DNA from: Rubripirellula sp.
GTDB lineage: Bacteria > Planctomycetota > Planctomycetia > Pirellulales > Pirellulaceae
Direction: 5' to 3'
Assembly (NCBI GenBank): GCA_965216875.1
Contig: OZ244207.1
Span: forward strand, 1,792,001-1,856,000
DNA: 64,000 nt
Part shown: one piece after another, positions 35,937 to 46,692 of the stretch
Position numbering within the stretch: position 1 is the stretch's first letter
How the letters are laid out: the number at the start of each line of letters is the position of its first letter
Notes under the pieces: generated by a model
The model's database searches: none
What the model was told of the DNA's origin: nothing
Seen by the model: the letters and a program-made list of their open reading frames with translations, nothing else
Made by a program: the position numbers and the translations under genes

Positions 35937-37199
35937 CTAATTGTCGGCTTTGAAGCCGCATTGGGAAAGGATCTTTTCAATGTCACTTTGCGTAACGGTT
36001 TTGGGCGACAATTCAATCATCGCTGTCAGTTGCATCGCGTTCTCGGCGATGTTGGACCGAGTGCTGTTATTGTTGCTCAGGTCGGCTGCCGAGCGCGGTA
36101 GCCCGAGGGCGCCACTGAGTGCTTCAATGAATTCGATCGTCGCGTCGATAGCGTCTGATTCCGACAGCTTCGACGCTCCGTCGATCCCAAGCAGCTCAGC
36201 CAGTTTCCCGATCCGCTTTGCTCGAGTGTCGCTCCAAAAGCGCAAAACGTGCGGCAAGACCAGGGCCATCGCCTGGCCGTATTTGCAGCTACATTGAGAG
36301 CGAATCGCGTTTGCCAACGCGTGTGTGAGTGAACGACCGCAGTTGGCCGCTGCTGACCCAGCGAGTGATGCGCCGAGTCCGAGACTTGTTCGGCTTGCCA
36401 GGTGGTCGGGGTCTTGGGCAACGCTCTTGAAACTCGGTCCGATGAGTGAGATCGCGCGCTCGGCATAGAGGTCGCCAAGGGGATGATTCCCTTCAAAAGG
36501 CAGGCCAGAATCGAGGTCTTCGGGGAACTGAAAAAAGTTGGTAGCGAGATACGCTTCGATCGCAGAAGCCAACGCCGTCATTCCACTTGCTGCGGTTACC
36601 TCCTCGGGGCAAGTCAACGCCAGCTGTGGATCGACGAATGCCGCGATGGGGCGAAGTGGTTCGCCCAAAATCATCTTTGGAAGGGAGGCGGCGGATGTTC
36701 TGATCTGGGCTGCGTCCGTTGCTTCGCTGCCACTGCCCGCGGTCGTTGGGATCGCAATCGTTGGGATTGATTGGTGACTCGGCGGGATCCGCAGGAGTGC
36801 TGTCGAATTTATATCAGCGAACAACTGTGTCGTTGTTGCTTCGTCATTGGCTGCGAACAGCGAAACGGTTTTCGCGAGATCGAGATTGCTGCCACCACCA
36901 AGGCCAATGAGCAGGTCGGCGCCAAATTCAGATGCTGCGTCGGCAATGTCCTTTGCCGTTTCGATCGTTGGCGATTCGCTTCCCCCAGTGTTGATCATCG
37001 ATTGAGCGTTGCTTTGGTCGATCGCCGTTTGCAACATCTGTGTCGCAGCGTTCTTCTCGAGTCGCAAATCGGTCACGACCAAGACGCGATTGAATTTGTG
37101 TCGGTTGATCCATCCACCGACCGCACCTATCGATCCCGGTCCAAAACAAAGTTGGTTCGACGCAACGAAGTTCCAGGTTGTGCGGCGAATGTTCATCAT
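35937..37199 (-). CDS. Iron-containing alcohol dehydrogenase family homolog with substituted metal ligands
   Basis: GGGSNLDLAK and IPTTAGSGSEAT retained. Confidence 0.85.
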   Translation of the reverse strand: MMNIRRTTWNFVASNQLCFGPGSIGAVGGWINRHKFNRVLVVTDLRLEKNAATQMLQTAIDQSNAQSMINTGGSESPTIETAKDIADAASEFGADLLIGLGGGSNLDLAKTVSLFAANDEATTTQLFADINSTALLRIPPSHQSIPTIAIPTTAGSGSEATDAAQIRTSAASLPKMILGEPLRPIAAFVDPQLALTCPEEVTAASGMTALASAIEAYLATNFFQFPEDLDSGLPFEGNHPLGDLYAERAISLIGPSFKSVAQDPDHLASRTSLGLGASLAGSAAANCGRSLTHALANAIRSQCSCKYGQAMALVLPHVLRFWSDTRAKRIGKLAELLGIDGASKLSESDAIDATIEFIEALSGALGLPRSAADLSNNNSTRSNIAENAMQLTAMIELSPKTVTQSDIEKILSQCGFKADN

Positions 37200-37532
37200 G
37201 GCATGTGGTCCATTGTCTTTTTAGGTCGCTGTTGGCATTGCGCCGTTGGAGACCGAGGTGCAACGCGATCGCCATGATGTGTCGTTGTGTATCAGAACTG
37301 TTTCAGTTGCGTAACGTCGCTCGGGTCGTTTTCGCAAGAACGAAAGGTTTTCACTTGGGGGGAAAGCTTGACGCTGTTTTTGAGCGACAAAATAATCGCT
37401 CCCGATGCTTCCAGGTTGCTTGTGAAGGGGCGACGCACTCGAGTCGACGTGAAGGTATCGAACCCTTTGATCGCTGTCATGCGGTCATTGCCTTATCTGC
37501 CTAATCTCCTTTTCACCTGACGAGTAAGAGAC

Positions 37533-38342
37533 TTGCCAGCGACCAAAGAAGAGACGAAGGATTCGTTGTTGTTTCGATCGGGCGACCCCGATTTCATGAC
37601 CTCGCTTGCTCGCGGGTTGGAAGTGCTGCGAGCGTTTTCCCAGAGCGAAGGTCAACTCACGACGGTTCAAATCTGCAAGATGACCGGCTTGTCACGAGCC
37701 GTTGTCCGACGCTGTTTGTACACGCTTTCCGAAGCGGGGTATGTGGTTTCGGGTAAGTCGGGTTTCCGGCTCAAAGCCAAGGTGCTTTCGCTCTCGCAGC
37801 CCTACTACCTGGCGTCGGATTCGTTGCCGGCGCTCGCACAGCCATTGATGGAACGCGTCAGCGAAGAGACGGGTGAATGCTGTGGATTGGGAATCTTAGA
37901 AGGGAGTGACGTTGTCTACGTTGCGCGTACCGCACCGCGGCGATTGCCAGCCGCGTCGCTTACCGTGGGGAGTCGATTGCCAGCCCCTTACACGTCACTC
38001 GGACGCGTGTTGTTGTCCCAATTGACGGAAGAAGAATTGGAAGACGCACTCGAACGGTTTGCTTTCACGCGTCATACACAGCTTTCGATCGTATCGCCCG
38101 GTGACCTGGCACGAGCGATTGATCAGGCACGCCAACGTGGTTCGGCCATTGTCGATCAGGAATTGGAGACGGGTGTTCGGGCGGTTGCCGTTCCCGTTCT
38201 CGATCCGAATACCGGCCAGTGCATTGCCGCGATGAACGTCTGCGTCGAAGCGGGGCGAGTGACCGTCGATGACTTGCAACATCGAATCATGCCACGTTTA
38301 AGAACGGCAACCATGCAACTGACTGAATCCCTGGCCGATTAG
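37533..38342 (+). CDS. IclR-family regulator (PcaR/PobR-like)
   Basis: DFMTSLARGLEVLRAF, GSRLPA, DQELETG. Confidence 0.92.
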   Translation: MPATKEETKDSLLFRSGDPDFMTSLARGLEVLRAFSQSEGQLTTVQICKMTGLSRAVVRRCLYTLSEAGYVVSGKSGFRLKAKVLSLSQPYYLASDSLPALAQPLMERVSEETGECCGLGILEGSDVVYVARTAPRRLPAASLTVGSRLPAPYTSLGRVLLSQLTEEELEDALERFAFTRHTQLSIVSPGDLARAIDQARQRGSAIVDQELETGVRAVAVPVLDPNTGQCIAAMNVCVEAGRVTVDDLQHRIMPRLRTATMQLTESLAD

Positions 38343-38348
38343 AAAACG

Positions 38349-40115
38349 TTAGTTGCCGGCTGGCGGAAGCAGGAAACAGATCGCTTGACGATCGTTTCGA
38401 ACCAACAAGTGGCGTCCGGCGATCGTCGGGACGTTCCAGGTTTTCGAATCCATCGCGTCGATTCGAAGAATCTCTTCGTAACGATCGGGCGTGACCGAGA
38501 CGAAGGCGACATCGCCATCCTCGGCTTGACCGATGATCACATCGTCGGCGAGGAGGATCTGGCCCTGTTGAAAACGACTCCGTCGCGGCTGTGACCAGAG
38601 CCGTTTGCCCTGTTCAAGATCGACAGCTTCCAGCGATCCATTGCTGATCGCGTAGGCGATGTTGCCAACAACACAAGCGTGCGTGAATTTCGTTTTGAGT
38701 ATGTTGCTCTTGGCCCAAACCGCTTCTGCCTGCATCTCGCCCCCTTGAAGAGTCACTTCAACAAGTGCACTTCCGCCACCATAGCCTTTGCCCACTAAGA
38801 ATCGATTCTCGCCTGCGGGGACAACGCTCGCACAATTTGCGTTCGCGTTCGATTTGCCTAGCCATTCGAAACTCCAGAGTTGTTTCCCTGTATCAATCGC
38901 GTGGCCAGAAATGGTGACTTCGTTGACAATCACGATTTGCTTTTGCCCGGCCAATGTCATCACCGTTGGCGAGGCATAACTGATGTTGTCTTCACCGGCG
39001 GTCCAAACGACGTCACCGGTTTCGGCGTCGAGAGCGATCAAGCTGCGGCCGGTGAGTTCATTGCCAAGCGGGCCGCCATACGGCAGGACGCAGAGTTTGC
39101 GATCGCCACTGTCGACGATCGCAGGCGATCCGGAGCGTCCCCATGTGATCAAAGCCTCGGATTGCAGTTGGGTCCAACCGGCGCTGTCGAGGAGGTCGTG
39201 CGTCCAGCGGGTTTCACCCGTTTCAAGGTTGACCGACCAAACGTAACCGGTGGCACTTTGTGCGTAGACAATTCCATCATCAATCGTTGGCGTTGATCTC
39301 GGACCGATGCCGCCAAGCGTGTCCTCGTGACGCGCCTCGATGCTTTGCTTCCACAACATTTCGCCGTCCGCGAGGCGATAGCAGCTGAGCCATTCTTCGT
39401 CGTCGCGTTGTTCGAGCGTGACGGCCCGGTTCGATTCAACGGCAAACGAGGACCACCCTTCACCAATTCCCTGGTTCCAAAGCACTTGGATTTCATCTTG
39501 AGATGTTGGGATCGCAAAACGACGCGATGAGTCGACGCCGCGACGATTCGAACCGAGAAAACCAGCCGAGCTTGCGGTGGACGTTGCCGCATCGGGGGCA
39601 AAATCGGATTCCGTGTCTTCGTTGGTCGCAGTGTCGCTGACTGAGCGGGGTTTCAAGTTGTCGCCCCGAAAACGAAAGCGAAACTGAGGGAACATCTCAC
39701 CGCTGAAACCCTGAAATTGGAAACAGACGACGAGTCCTGCAACGGTCGCCAGGGTGACCGCAGGGACGACACGTTGCGAGCCCGCGCGGCTGGCGAGTCG
39801 ATGGACCTGGAAAACGGCAACCAGGACACCGATGAATCCGATCGCGAACGATGCCATGTTGGCGTACTGGTGGTCCGTGGCGGGGGCGACGAGTTGGGCC
39901 AGCACAATTAACCCGATTGTCGTTGCGGATGTGATGGCCAGACGTCGCATGATGGGTGGAGAGCCTGCCGCAACCGGCACGATGGGCTCGCCCGACGGCG
40001 CGTCCGGGATTTCATTGGCCTCGGCCAGCACAGGGTTTTCTTTCCCATCCTGGGGTGGTTGGTCACCTGGCTGAGGAGATGATTGCTCGTTGTTGGCCAC
40101 GGGTTTCGGTCTCAA
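38349..40115 (-). CDS. Membrane-anchored PQQ-like beta-propeller protein
   Basis: Three N-terminal TMs, GPRSTPT, SYASP. Confidence 0.85.
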   Translation of the reverse strand: MRPKPVANNEQSSPQPGDQPPQDGKENPVLAEANEIPDAPSGEPIVPVAAGSPPIMRRLAITSATTIGLIVLAQLVAPATDHQYANMASFAIGFIGVLVAVFQVHRLASRAGSQRVVPAVTLATVAGLVVCFQFQGFSGEMFPQFRFRFRGDNLKPRSVSDTATNEDTESDFAPDAATSTASSAGFLGSNRRGVDSSRRFAIPTSQDEIQVLWNQGIGEGWSSFAVESNRAVTLEQRDDEEWLSCYRLADGEMLWKQSIEARHEDTLGGIGPRSTPTIDDGIVYAQSATGYVWSVNLETGETRWTHDLLDSAGWTQLQSEALITWGRSGSPAIVDSGDRKLCVLPYGGPLGNELTGRSLIALDAETGDVVWTAGEDNISYASPTVMTLAGQKQIVIVNEVTISGHAIDTGKQLWSFEWLGKSNANANCASVVPAGENRFLVGKGYGGGSALVEVTLQGGEMQAEAVWAKSNILKTKFTHACVVGNIAYAISNGSLEAVDLEQGKRLWSQPRRSRFQQGQILLADDVIIGQAEDGDVAFVSVTPDRYEEILRIDAMDSKTWNVPTIAGRHLLVRNDRQAICFLLPPAGN

Positions 40116-40284
40116 TCCCTAAGAGTGCGGGTGTGGTGTGCTATCGCAATTCGTTAATTGGTCGCCGATCTTGCGGACATTTTGTTACAAAGTAGACCCT
40201 CTACTGTACCGTGGTGTCGATAACGCTGCGGCCGAGGAATCGTTCGGTCTGCCGCGCGTGGCGTATGGAGAACTGCAGAAGTCG

Positions 40285-41037
40285 ATGATTGAACAATTGC
40301 CCAGCGCAACGGACATCCGCCGATTGACGTTCATTTCGGATCTTCATCTGTTTAGCAGTCGAAGCAACGCGGGCGAGCATCGCGAGATGATTCGACGGGC
40401 GATCGAACGATCCGACCTTTGCGTTTGGGGTGGCGACCTTTTCGATTTTCGCTGGAGTCGCGTGGGGAACGAACAAGCCACGATCGATCACGCGCTCGAA
40501 TGGTTACAGCAGTGGCACGACGAGTTTCCGGAAAAGTCGTTTGTCTTTCTTGACGGGAACCATGACGCCCACGCCGAGTTTTCGAACCAACTCAATGATT
40601 GGGCGAACCAACACCGGCGGTTTCAATGTGGCTTAAATTGCATTCGAGTTCGCGACACGTTGCTGTTGCACGGCGACGTGATTGAAGGTGGCGGTACGCC
40701 AGATGCTTTTGCCGATTATCGTGATCGCTGGAGTGACAAGCCGACGGCGTCGAATATGGCCAGCGGTGTCTACGACTTGGCAATTGCGACCAGGGTGCAT
40801 CGGGCCGCTGCGATTGCAGTTCACCGCCGACGTGCGACCTGTTTGCGGCTGATGCGATGGATGCATCGCCAACCGGCCGAATCGGTCGAAGGCGTCCAGC
40901 GAATCGTCTTTGGGCACACTCATCGCAAGATTAGCGGCTACCGCGTTCAAGGAATCGAATTCCACAATGGAGGGGCGGCGATCCGGCATGTCCCCTTTGC
41001 CCCCGTTCACGTCGAGTTTCCTCGTCCCGGCTCGTGA
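40285..41037 (+). CDS. Calcineurin-like metallophosphoesterase
   Basis: SDLH, GDLFD, GNHD, HGD, GHTH. Confidence 0.9.
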   Translation: MIEQLPSATDIRRLTFISDLHLFSSRSNAGEHREMIRRAIERSDLCVWGGDLFDFRWSRVGNEQATIDHALEWLQQWHDEFPEKSFVFLDGNHDAHAEFSNQLNDWANQHRRFQCGLNCIRVRDTLLLHGDVIEGGGTPDAFADYRDRWSDKPTASNMASGVYDLAIATRVHRAAAIAVHRRRATCLRLMRWMHRQPAESVEGVQRIVFGHTHRKISGYRVQGIEFHNGGAAIRHVPFAPVHVEFPRPGS

Positions 41038-41171
41038 ACGAGATGAGGCAAGGGATTCATTTTGCGGACTCTGGAATCACGCACCCGTTCTTCCGCAGGG
41101 CGGCCCGTGCGGATAAGATGTGAGCGGTCAACCAAATCCCTTTTCTTACTCCTCGTTGCAGTTGGTCGCCC

Positions 41172-42113
41172 ATGTCGCAGGAAGCGTTCGAAACGTCGCG
41201 TTTGCTGCGTGAAAATATTCAAAAGGTGGTCTTGGGCAAACCGGACGTCGTGCAACTGTTGGTTGTGTCGATGTTGGCCGGTGAACATGTGTTGCTTGAG
41301 GACGTGCCGGGCGTCGGTAAAACGCTCGCCGCCAAAGCCCTCGCACAAAGTATCGACGGTCGCTTTTCAAGACTGCAATTCACTCCTGACCTGCTTCCCA
41401 GTGACATCACCGGGAGCATGATCTACCGCACTGATACGCAAGAGTTTGAATTTAGCGCGGGGCCGATTTTCGCCAATGTCGTTTTGGCTGACGAAATCAA
41501 TCGCGCTCCGCCACGGACGCAGTCCGCGCTACTCGAGGCGATGAGCGAGCGGCAGGTTTCCATCGATGGCAAGACTCACGAGCTGCCGGAACCGTTCATC
41601 GTCGTCGCAACGCAAAACCCGTTTGAGTTCGAGGGTACGTATGCGTTGCCGGAAAGCCAGTTGGACAGGTTCTTGTTGCGGACATCCATTGGGTACCCGG
41701 ACCGTTCGGTCGAACAGCAGGTGATGCTGACGCACCGCCAGGGTGAACCCGTCGACAAGCTCGCCTCGGTGGTGTCGGTCGATCAAGTACGGGCGGCTCA
41801 GGAGTTTGTTCGGAACGTCAAGTTCGATGCAACTTTGGTGGAATACCTATTGGACATCGTCGAAGCGACACGACAGCACGATGGATTCCAGGTCGGCGTA
41901 AGTACTCGAGGTGCATTGAGCTTTTACCGCGGTTGTCAGGCTCGAGCCGTGACCGAGTCGCGCGACTTTGTGACGCCCGATGACGTCAAATCGCTCGCTG
42001 TTGCAGCGTTGGCACACCGCGTACTCCCTGAAGGCATCTTCCAAGGGGCAAGTCGAGAAGCAGTCGAAACACAGATTGCCGACTTGCTTCAACAGATTCC
42101 GGTGCCGGTGTAA
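41172..42113 (+). CDS. moxR: MoxR-family AAA+ ATPase
   Basis: DVPGVGKT, QFTPDLLPSD, DEINRAPPRTQSALLEAM. Confidence 0.95.
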   Translation: MSQEAFETSRLLRENIQKVVLGKPDVVQLLVVSMLAGEHVLLEDVPGVGKTLAAKALAQSIDGRFSRLQFTPDLLPSDITGSMIYRTDTQEFEFSAGPIFANVVLADEINRAPPRTQSALLEAMSERQVSIDGKTHELPEPFIVVATQNPFEFEGTYALPESQLDRFLLRTSIGYPDRSVEQQVMLTHRQGEPVDKLASVVSVDQVRAAQEFVRNVKFDATLVEYLLDIVEATRQHDGFQVGVSTRGALSFYRGCQARAVTESRDFVTPDDVKSLAVAALAHRVLPEGIFQGASREAVETQIADLLQQIPVPV

Positions 42114-42165
42114 GCCCAGCTCTGGGCTCATCGGTCAACGCGTTGCCTTTCAAGAGCAAACTTGA

Positions 42166-43461
42166 ATGAGCAAATATAGGCAAAAAGAGACCCGCCGCTC
42201 CCACCGCTTAACCCGGTTGGGCTTTCATTTTTTGTTTGTCGGTACGTTCGCGATGCTTGGCGGCGCACTTCGCGGATTCAACCTGCTATTGGTGCTAGCC
42301 GGGTTGATGGTCGGCGCGTTGATCATGCAATGGCGCTGGTCGCGGCGAAGTGTCGAGTCGGTCTCGGTCCAGCGCCGGTTGCCAACCGAAGCCTTTGCCG
42401 GACGCCCGTTTCGGGTGCGCTACCGACTGCACAACCATGGACGGCTGATGCCGGTTTGGATGATGCGGGTCGAGGAAAAGATCGAGCGAGCGGAGTCGTC
42501 GGACAACGCGATCGCGATCTGTGGTGCGGGAACGATCGCGCCGCAGCAGACCGTTGTTCCGCATTTCGACTGTACTGTGCATCACCGCGGCGTCTACTTG
42601 ATTGGAAACGCAACGCTGCAGACGACGTTTCCTTTTGCGCTGTTCACTTCCCGCCAAATCGTTGAAGGCGTCGAGGAGATGTGTGTCTTTCCTCGTCTGT
42701 TGACGTTGAAGTCGCGTTGGCAACGTCAATTGACCAGTCGGACGGGCGGCGTCACGGTCACCGCGCGCCGAAGTGGCCCGACCGAGGGTGACTTTTTCGG
42801 ATTGCGCGAATGGCAAACGGGCGATAGTCCAAAATGGATCCATTGGCGCACCACTGCAAGAATTGGGGAACCCGCGGTTCGACAATTTGAACAACAACGG
42901 CGATTTGACACCTGTGTGCTTCTTGATGGATTTGCGGGGCCATCTCTCGCGGCCGGTTCCAAGGTCGGCGATGTTGAAACGGCAATCAGCCTCGCGGCGA
43001 CGTTTCTGATTCACTTGGTAGGGTCACCATCGAATCGCGTGGTCTTGGCGATCGGTGCGACCGAAGCGAATGCGGTGATCGGCGGTGGTTCACAAGAAGG
43101 CAAACGCCGGATGCTTTCGTTGCTTGCGGAATTGGTTCCCTGCGTGAACCCTGAGCTAGCCGATGCGGCAAACCAAGTATTGCATATGGTTGGACGCACA
43201 CAGGATTTAATTGTGGTGAGCCCGCGGTCGATGAAACAGGTCCTTGAATCGGACACAAAATTCGCCGAGACCATCCAGCCGTGGTTGCGTCGTGGGGCTG
43301 TGCGTTGGATCGACGTCGGGTCTGCCGAGCTTGATCGATGGGTGGTCCGAGATGCCAGTGGCGACCCGCAAGTGTCCGAGCAAGGAGATGCGCAGCGGCG
43401 AACGGGAGTCAACGAAGCGGCGCCGGCTGAAACGTTAGCCGTTGAGGTGAACGATGGCTGA
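42166..43461 (+). CDS. DUF58 domain protein
   Basis: LREWQTGD..WIHWRTTAR; follows moxR. Confidence 0.9.
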   Translation: MSKYRQKETRRSHRLTRLGFHFLFVGTFAMLGGALRGFNLLLVLAGLMVGALIMQWRWSRRSVESVSVQRRLPTEAFAGRPFRVRYRLHNHGRLMPVWMMRVEEKIERAESSDNAIAICGAGTIAPQQTVVPHFDCTVHHRGVYLIGNATLQTTFPFALFTSRQIVEGVEEMCVFPRLLTLKSRWQRQLTSRTGGVTVTARRSGPTEGDFFGLREWQTGDSPKWIHWRTTARIGEPAVRQFEQQRRFDTCVLLDGFAGPSLAAGSKVGDVETAISLAATFLIHLVGSPSNRVVLAIGATEANAVIGGGSQEGKRRMLSLLAELVPCVNPELADAANQVLHMVGRTQDLIVVSPRSMKQVLESDTKFAETIQPWLRRGAVRWIDVGSAELDRWVVRDASGDPQVSEQGDAQRRTGVNEAAPAETLAVEVNDG

Positions 43462-45961
43462 GTCACGCATCATTAGCGAAGAATATGCGCGATTGGCGTC
43501 TCGTTTGAAACTCTATTTCGCGATCTTGACCTGTCTGAGCGGGCTTGTCCTGTCCACAGGGAGCGATGGTGACTCGATTCGTTTCGTCGCTATCTTTTTC
43601 GCTATCTTCGGTTACCTCTTTGTGGATCGGCTTGAGCTCTTTGCGTTGCCGCCGATTGCCGCGTACGCTGCGATGGCGGTCGCGGCGTTCTATTGTGTCG
43701 GGAATTTTTCCGATTTGGATTCACCCGGCAATCGTCAAATGACAGCGGTTGCCGAGTTACTTGTGTTTGTTCAGGCGATCCTGATGTTGCAGCGCAAGTC
43801 TCGACGGATCTTTGAACAGCTGGGCGTGTTCTGTTTGCTTGAACTTGTTGTCGCCGCTGTTTTTAACGATGCGATCAACTATGGGTTGTTGTTGGTTCCC
43901 ATTGCGATCATTGGCGCGTGGGCGATGAGTCTGCTTGCTGCTGTCGCAGCGCTCGATGGAGTAGGTGAGAGTCAGTTTCTGCGGAGCGATGAAACGGCGA
44001 CTTCCTCGCGGCCGCGCAAACAGGCCATCGAGGTCTCTTCCGAGTCGACGGTGTCTTCATTCGTTCGCTCATCACGGCGGTTGCCCAAGATTGCCTTGTT
44101 CACCTTGGCGCCATCCGTTGTCCTGGTGGGGGCAATCTTCTTCTATGCGTTGCCGCGCACGACCAATGCAGCGCGTGTTTCCGGCGGTGGAAATGTAATG
44201 GTCGGTTTTGCCGATACGCTGCAGCTCGGCCAAATTGGCCGGATGCTGGAGAGTTCTGAATCGGTACTGCGGATCGACATGAAACGTCAAGGCACCGGCG
44301 AAATCTATCGTGCCAAGGATGGGATCTACTTGCGCGGACGCGCGCTCGAAAGTTACCAATCGCAGCAAGGGGCAGGTGGCGGAACGAGCAGTTGGACGGG
44401 AATGCCAAGCGTATTGCGAACGCGTCGTAATCTGCCGCCTGAGTTTGTCGGCGGTTCTAGTGGTGGCGATTCGTACGACCCCATCAATGTCGAAGTCACT
44501 TGTGAAACGATGTCAACACCGACGTTGTTTGCAATCTCGCCCTATTATCGCACCACGGTTGAAACGGCGATCTCGCATCAAGCGGATCGCTGGACTTTGG
44601 AACGGCGTGACAAGGAGTCGCAATCGTTTGGACGGATCACCTATCGGTTTTCGACAAACGCGTTCCTGAATGGCTTCCAAACCGATCTGTTGTGTCGCAC
44701 GACCGAGGATGAATGGAATGCGTTTCAGACACCACGGTTCAGCACAGGTTTCCGAGATTACGAGGAATCTTTGCTGAAGTACGACGTCGACTCCATCCCC
44801 CATGCTCGTGACATCGCCGATGATGTGTCAAGCAGATTGTCCGAAGGCGAGTACCGAGATTATCGGTTAGCGAAGGCTCTCGAACGCAAACTTGCGCTGA
44901 GCGGCGAATACCGTTACACGCTCGACTTGACCTTCAAGAGACTGCCGGGCGTTGACCCTATCGAGCAATTCCTTTCGGTGGACAAAGCTGGACACTGTCA
45001 GTTCTTTGCATCGGCCCTGGCAATGATGTTGCGCAGCCAAGGGATCCCTGCGCGGCTGGTGGTGGGGTATCGAACCGAAGAGTTCAACGAGTTGGGGAAC
45101 TACCATATTGCCCGCCAGTCACATGCCCATGTTTGGGTTGAAGCTTTGTTTGACAAAGATTCACTGCCCGGGGCAAAACAGCTCGATGGCCAGTTTCCAA
45201 GCAAGCAATATTGGGTGCGGCTTGATCCAACACCCGGTGGGGGTGGTGTCGGAGATCGTGATGCGGGGCGGGTCGAGCAATTGATTCATCTCACTAAGAA
45301 CATGTGGGATGACTACGTCGTCGATATGGATGGCGAGCGTCAGGAGAATGCTTTGCTGAGTACACCGGGGGCGACTCCGATGACCGAATCTTACGGACGT
45401 TTCGTTGAAATGATCACGGACAAGATCAGGTTGATCCGGGCAGGCGAGCTTGGTGGTGGTTCGCTTGCCTCGGGGAACGTCTTTTCCTGGCAAGCGGCTG
45501 TGGTATTCGTGATGTTTGCGATGGTCGTGTTTGCACTGATGAAAATGCGCACCCCCGGCTGGATCAAAAAGCGACTTAAGGCGAAGATGTCGGGAGAAAC
45601 CGAGCGACCAGACGTTTCCTATTACGCTGCGGCGCTTGATCAACTGGCGCGGGTTGGAATCTCACGTCGATCCGCCCAGACGCCGGCCGAATTGGCCGTT
45701 GATGCCACCGAAAAGCTTAGCCACCCTATGATTCCATCGATTGAAATGCCACTCGATCTCTTAACGAGGGCTTTCTACAACGAACGCTTCGGTTCGAAAT
45801 CCGCGACCGAAGGCCTGCAAGGTCCTGGCGATATTGAGCAGGCCTTGGGCGACTTGACCAAGAGTATCGATTTGACGCTGGCCGGAAGTGAGCAATCGTC
45901 CGAGGCATCGAATCGAGTTGGCAAAGCGGAAGCCCAGCGAGCTGGGGAGTCCGACTCGTGA
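43454..45961 (+). CDS. TgpA-like membrane transglutaminase-domain protein
   Basis: GHCQFFAS, HAHVWVE, LDPTP. Confidence 0.9.
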   Translation: MAESRIISEEYARLASRLKLYFAILTCLSGLVLSTGSDGDSIRFVAIFFAIFGYLFVDRLELFALPPIAAYAAMAVAAFYCVGNFSDLDSPGNRQMTAVAELLVFVQAILMLQRKSRRIFEQLGVFCLLELVVAAVFNDAINYGLLLVPIAIIGAWAMSLLAAVAALDGVGESQFLRSDETATSSRPRKQAIEVSSESTVSSFVRSSRRLPKIALFTLAPSVVLVGAIFFYALPRTTNAARVSGGGNVMVGFADTLQLGQIGRMLESSESVLRIDMKRQGTGEIYRAKDGIYLRGRALESYQSQQGAGGGTSSWTGMPSVLRTRRNLPPEFVGGSSGGDSYDPINVEVTCETMSTPTLFAISPYYRTTVETAISHQADRWTLERRDKESQSFGRITYRFSTNAFLNGFQTDLLCRTTEDEWNAFQTPRFSTGFRDYEESLLKYDVDSIPHARDIADDVSSRLSEGEYRDYRLAKALERKLALSGEYRYTLDLTFKRLPGVDPIEQFLSVDKAGHCQFFASALAMMLRSQGIPARLVVGYRTEEFNELGNYHIARQSHAHVWVEALFDKDSLPGAKQLDGQFPSKQYWVRLDPTPGGGGVGDRDAGRVEQLIHLTKNMWDDYVVDMDGERQENALLSTPGATPMTESYGRFVEMITDKIRLIRAGELGGGSLASGNVFSWQAAVVFVMFAMVVFALMKMRTPGWIKKRLKAKMSGETERPDVSYYAAALDQLARVGISRRSAQTPAELAVDATEKLSHPMIPSIEMPLDLLTRAFYNERFGSKSATEGLQGPGDIEQALGDLTKSIDLTLAGSEQSSEASNRVGKAEAQRAGESDS

Positions 45962-46620
45962 TCGTTACGATTGATGGACCCGCCGGCGCTGGCAAGAGTA
46001 GTATTGCGAGACAGGTCGCCCAACAGCTCGGATTTGAGTTCTTGGATACGGGAGCGATGTATCGTGCGGTGACGCTCGCAGCAATACGGGCGCAGATTGA
46101 ATGGGATGACCACGATGCTCTGATCAAGCTGGCCTCGGGGCTCACCATCAAGTGGAAAGGTGACGATCTTTTGGTCAACGGTGACGACGTGACCAACGAG
46201 ATTCGATCACCCACCGTGACCGGAGCGATTCATTTTGTTGCGGATTTGGTCGAGATTCGAAGAATCTTGTCCGAGCAACAGCGTCGGATCGCACGAGGAC
46301 GTGACATTGTCACGGAGGGGCGTGACCAAGGCTCGGAAGTGTTCCCTGATGCCGAGTGCAAGATCTTTCTGACTGCTTCGTCGGAAGAACGTGCCCGTCG
46401 CAGGCAACAGCAGTTGACCAAGCAAGGACGTCCGTTGCCCTTGGAAGATATTCTTCAAGCACAGAATCGGCGGGACGAAGAAGACCGCAGTCGTCCGATG
46501 GGGGCGCTACGGCCTGCCGAGGACGCGGTCGTGTTGGAAAGTGACGGAATGACTCCTGACGAAGTTCTGCAGCGAGCGGTCGAGATCGTTAAACAATCGC
46601 AAGTGGCCAGCAGCGGTTGA
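45958..46620 (+). CDS. cmk: Cytidylate kinase
   Basis: IDGPAGAGKS, LDTGAMYRA, EGRD. Confidence 0.96.
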   Translation: MIVTIDGPAGAGKSSIARQVAQQLGFEFLDTGAMYRAVTLAAIRAQIEWDDHDALIKLASGLTIKWKGDDLLVNGDDVTNEIRSPTVTGAIHFVADLVEIRRILSEQQRRIARGRDIVTEGRDQGSEVFPDAECKIFLTASSEERARRRQQQLTKQGRPLPLEDILQAQNRRDEEDRSRPMGALRPAEDAVVLESDGMTPDEVLQRAVEIVKQSQVASSG

Positions 46621-46692
46621 ACTGGCCTCGCTTACACTTGTAACGCTCGCTTGGCGGAGGTTGTCCCTTTTGCACGTGGACATTCACTCACG

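Noticed and set aside
41172..46620. MoxR-DUF58-transglutaminase operon as a novel system
   Set aside because: A well-known, widespread gene trio
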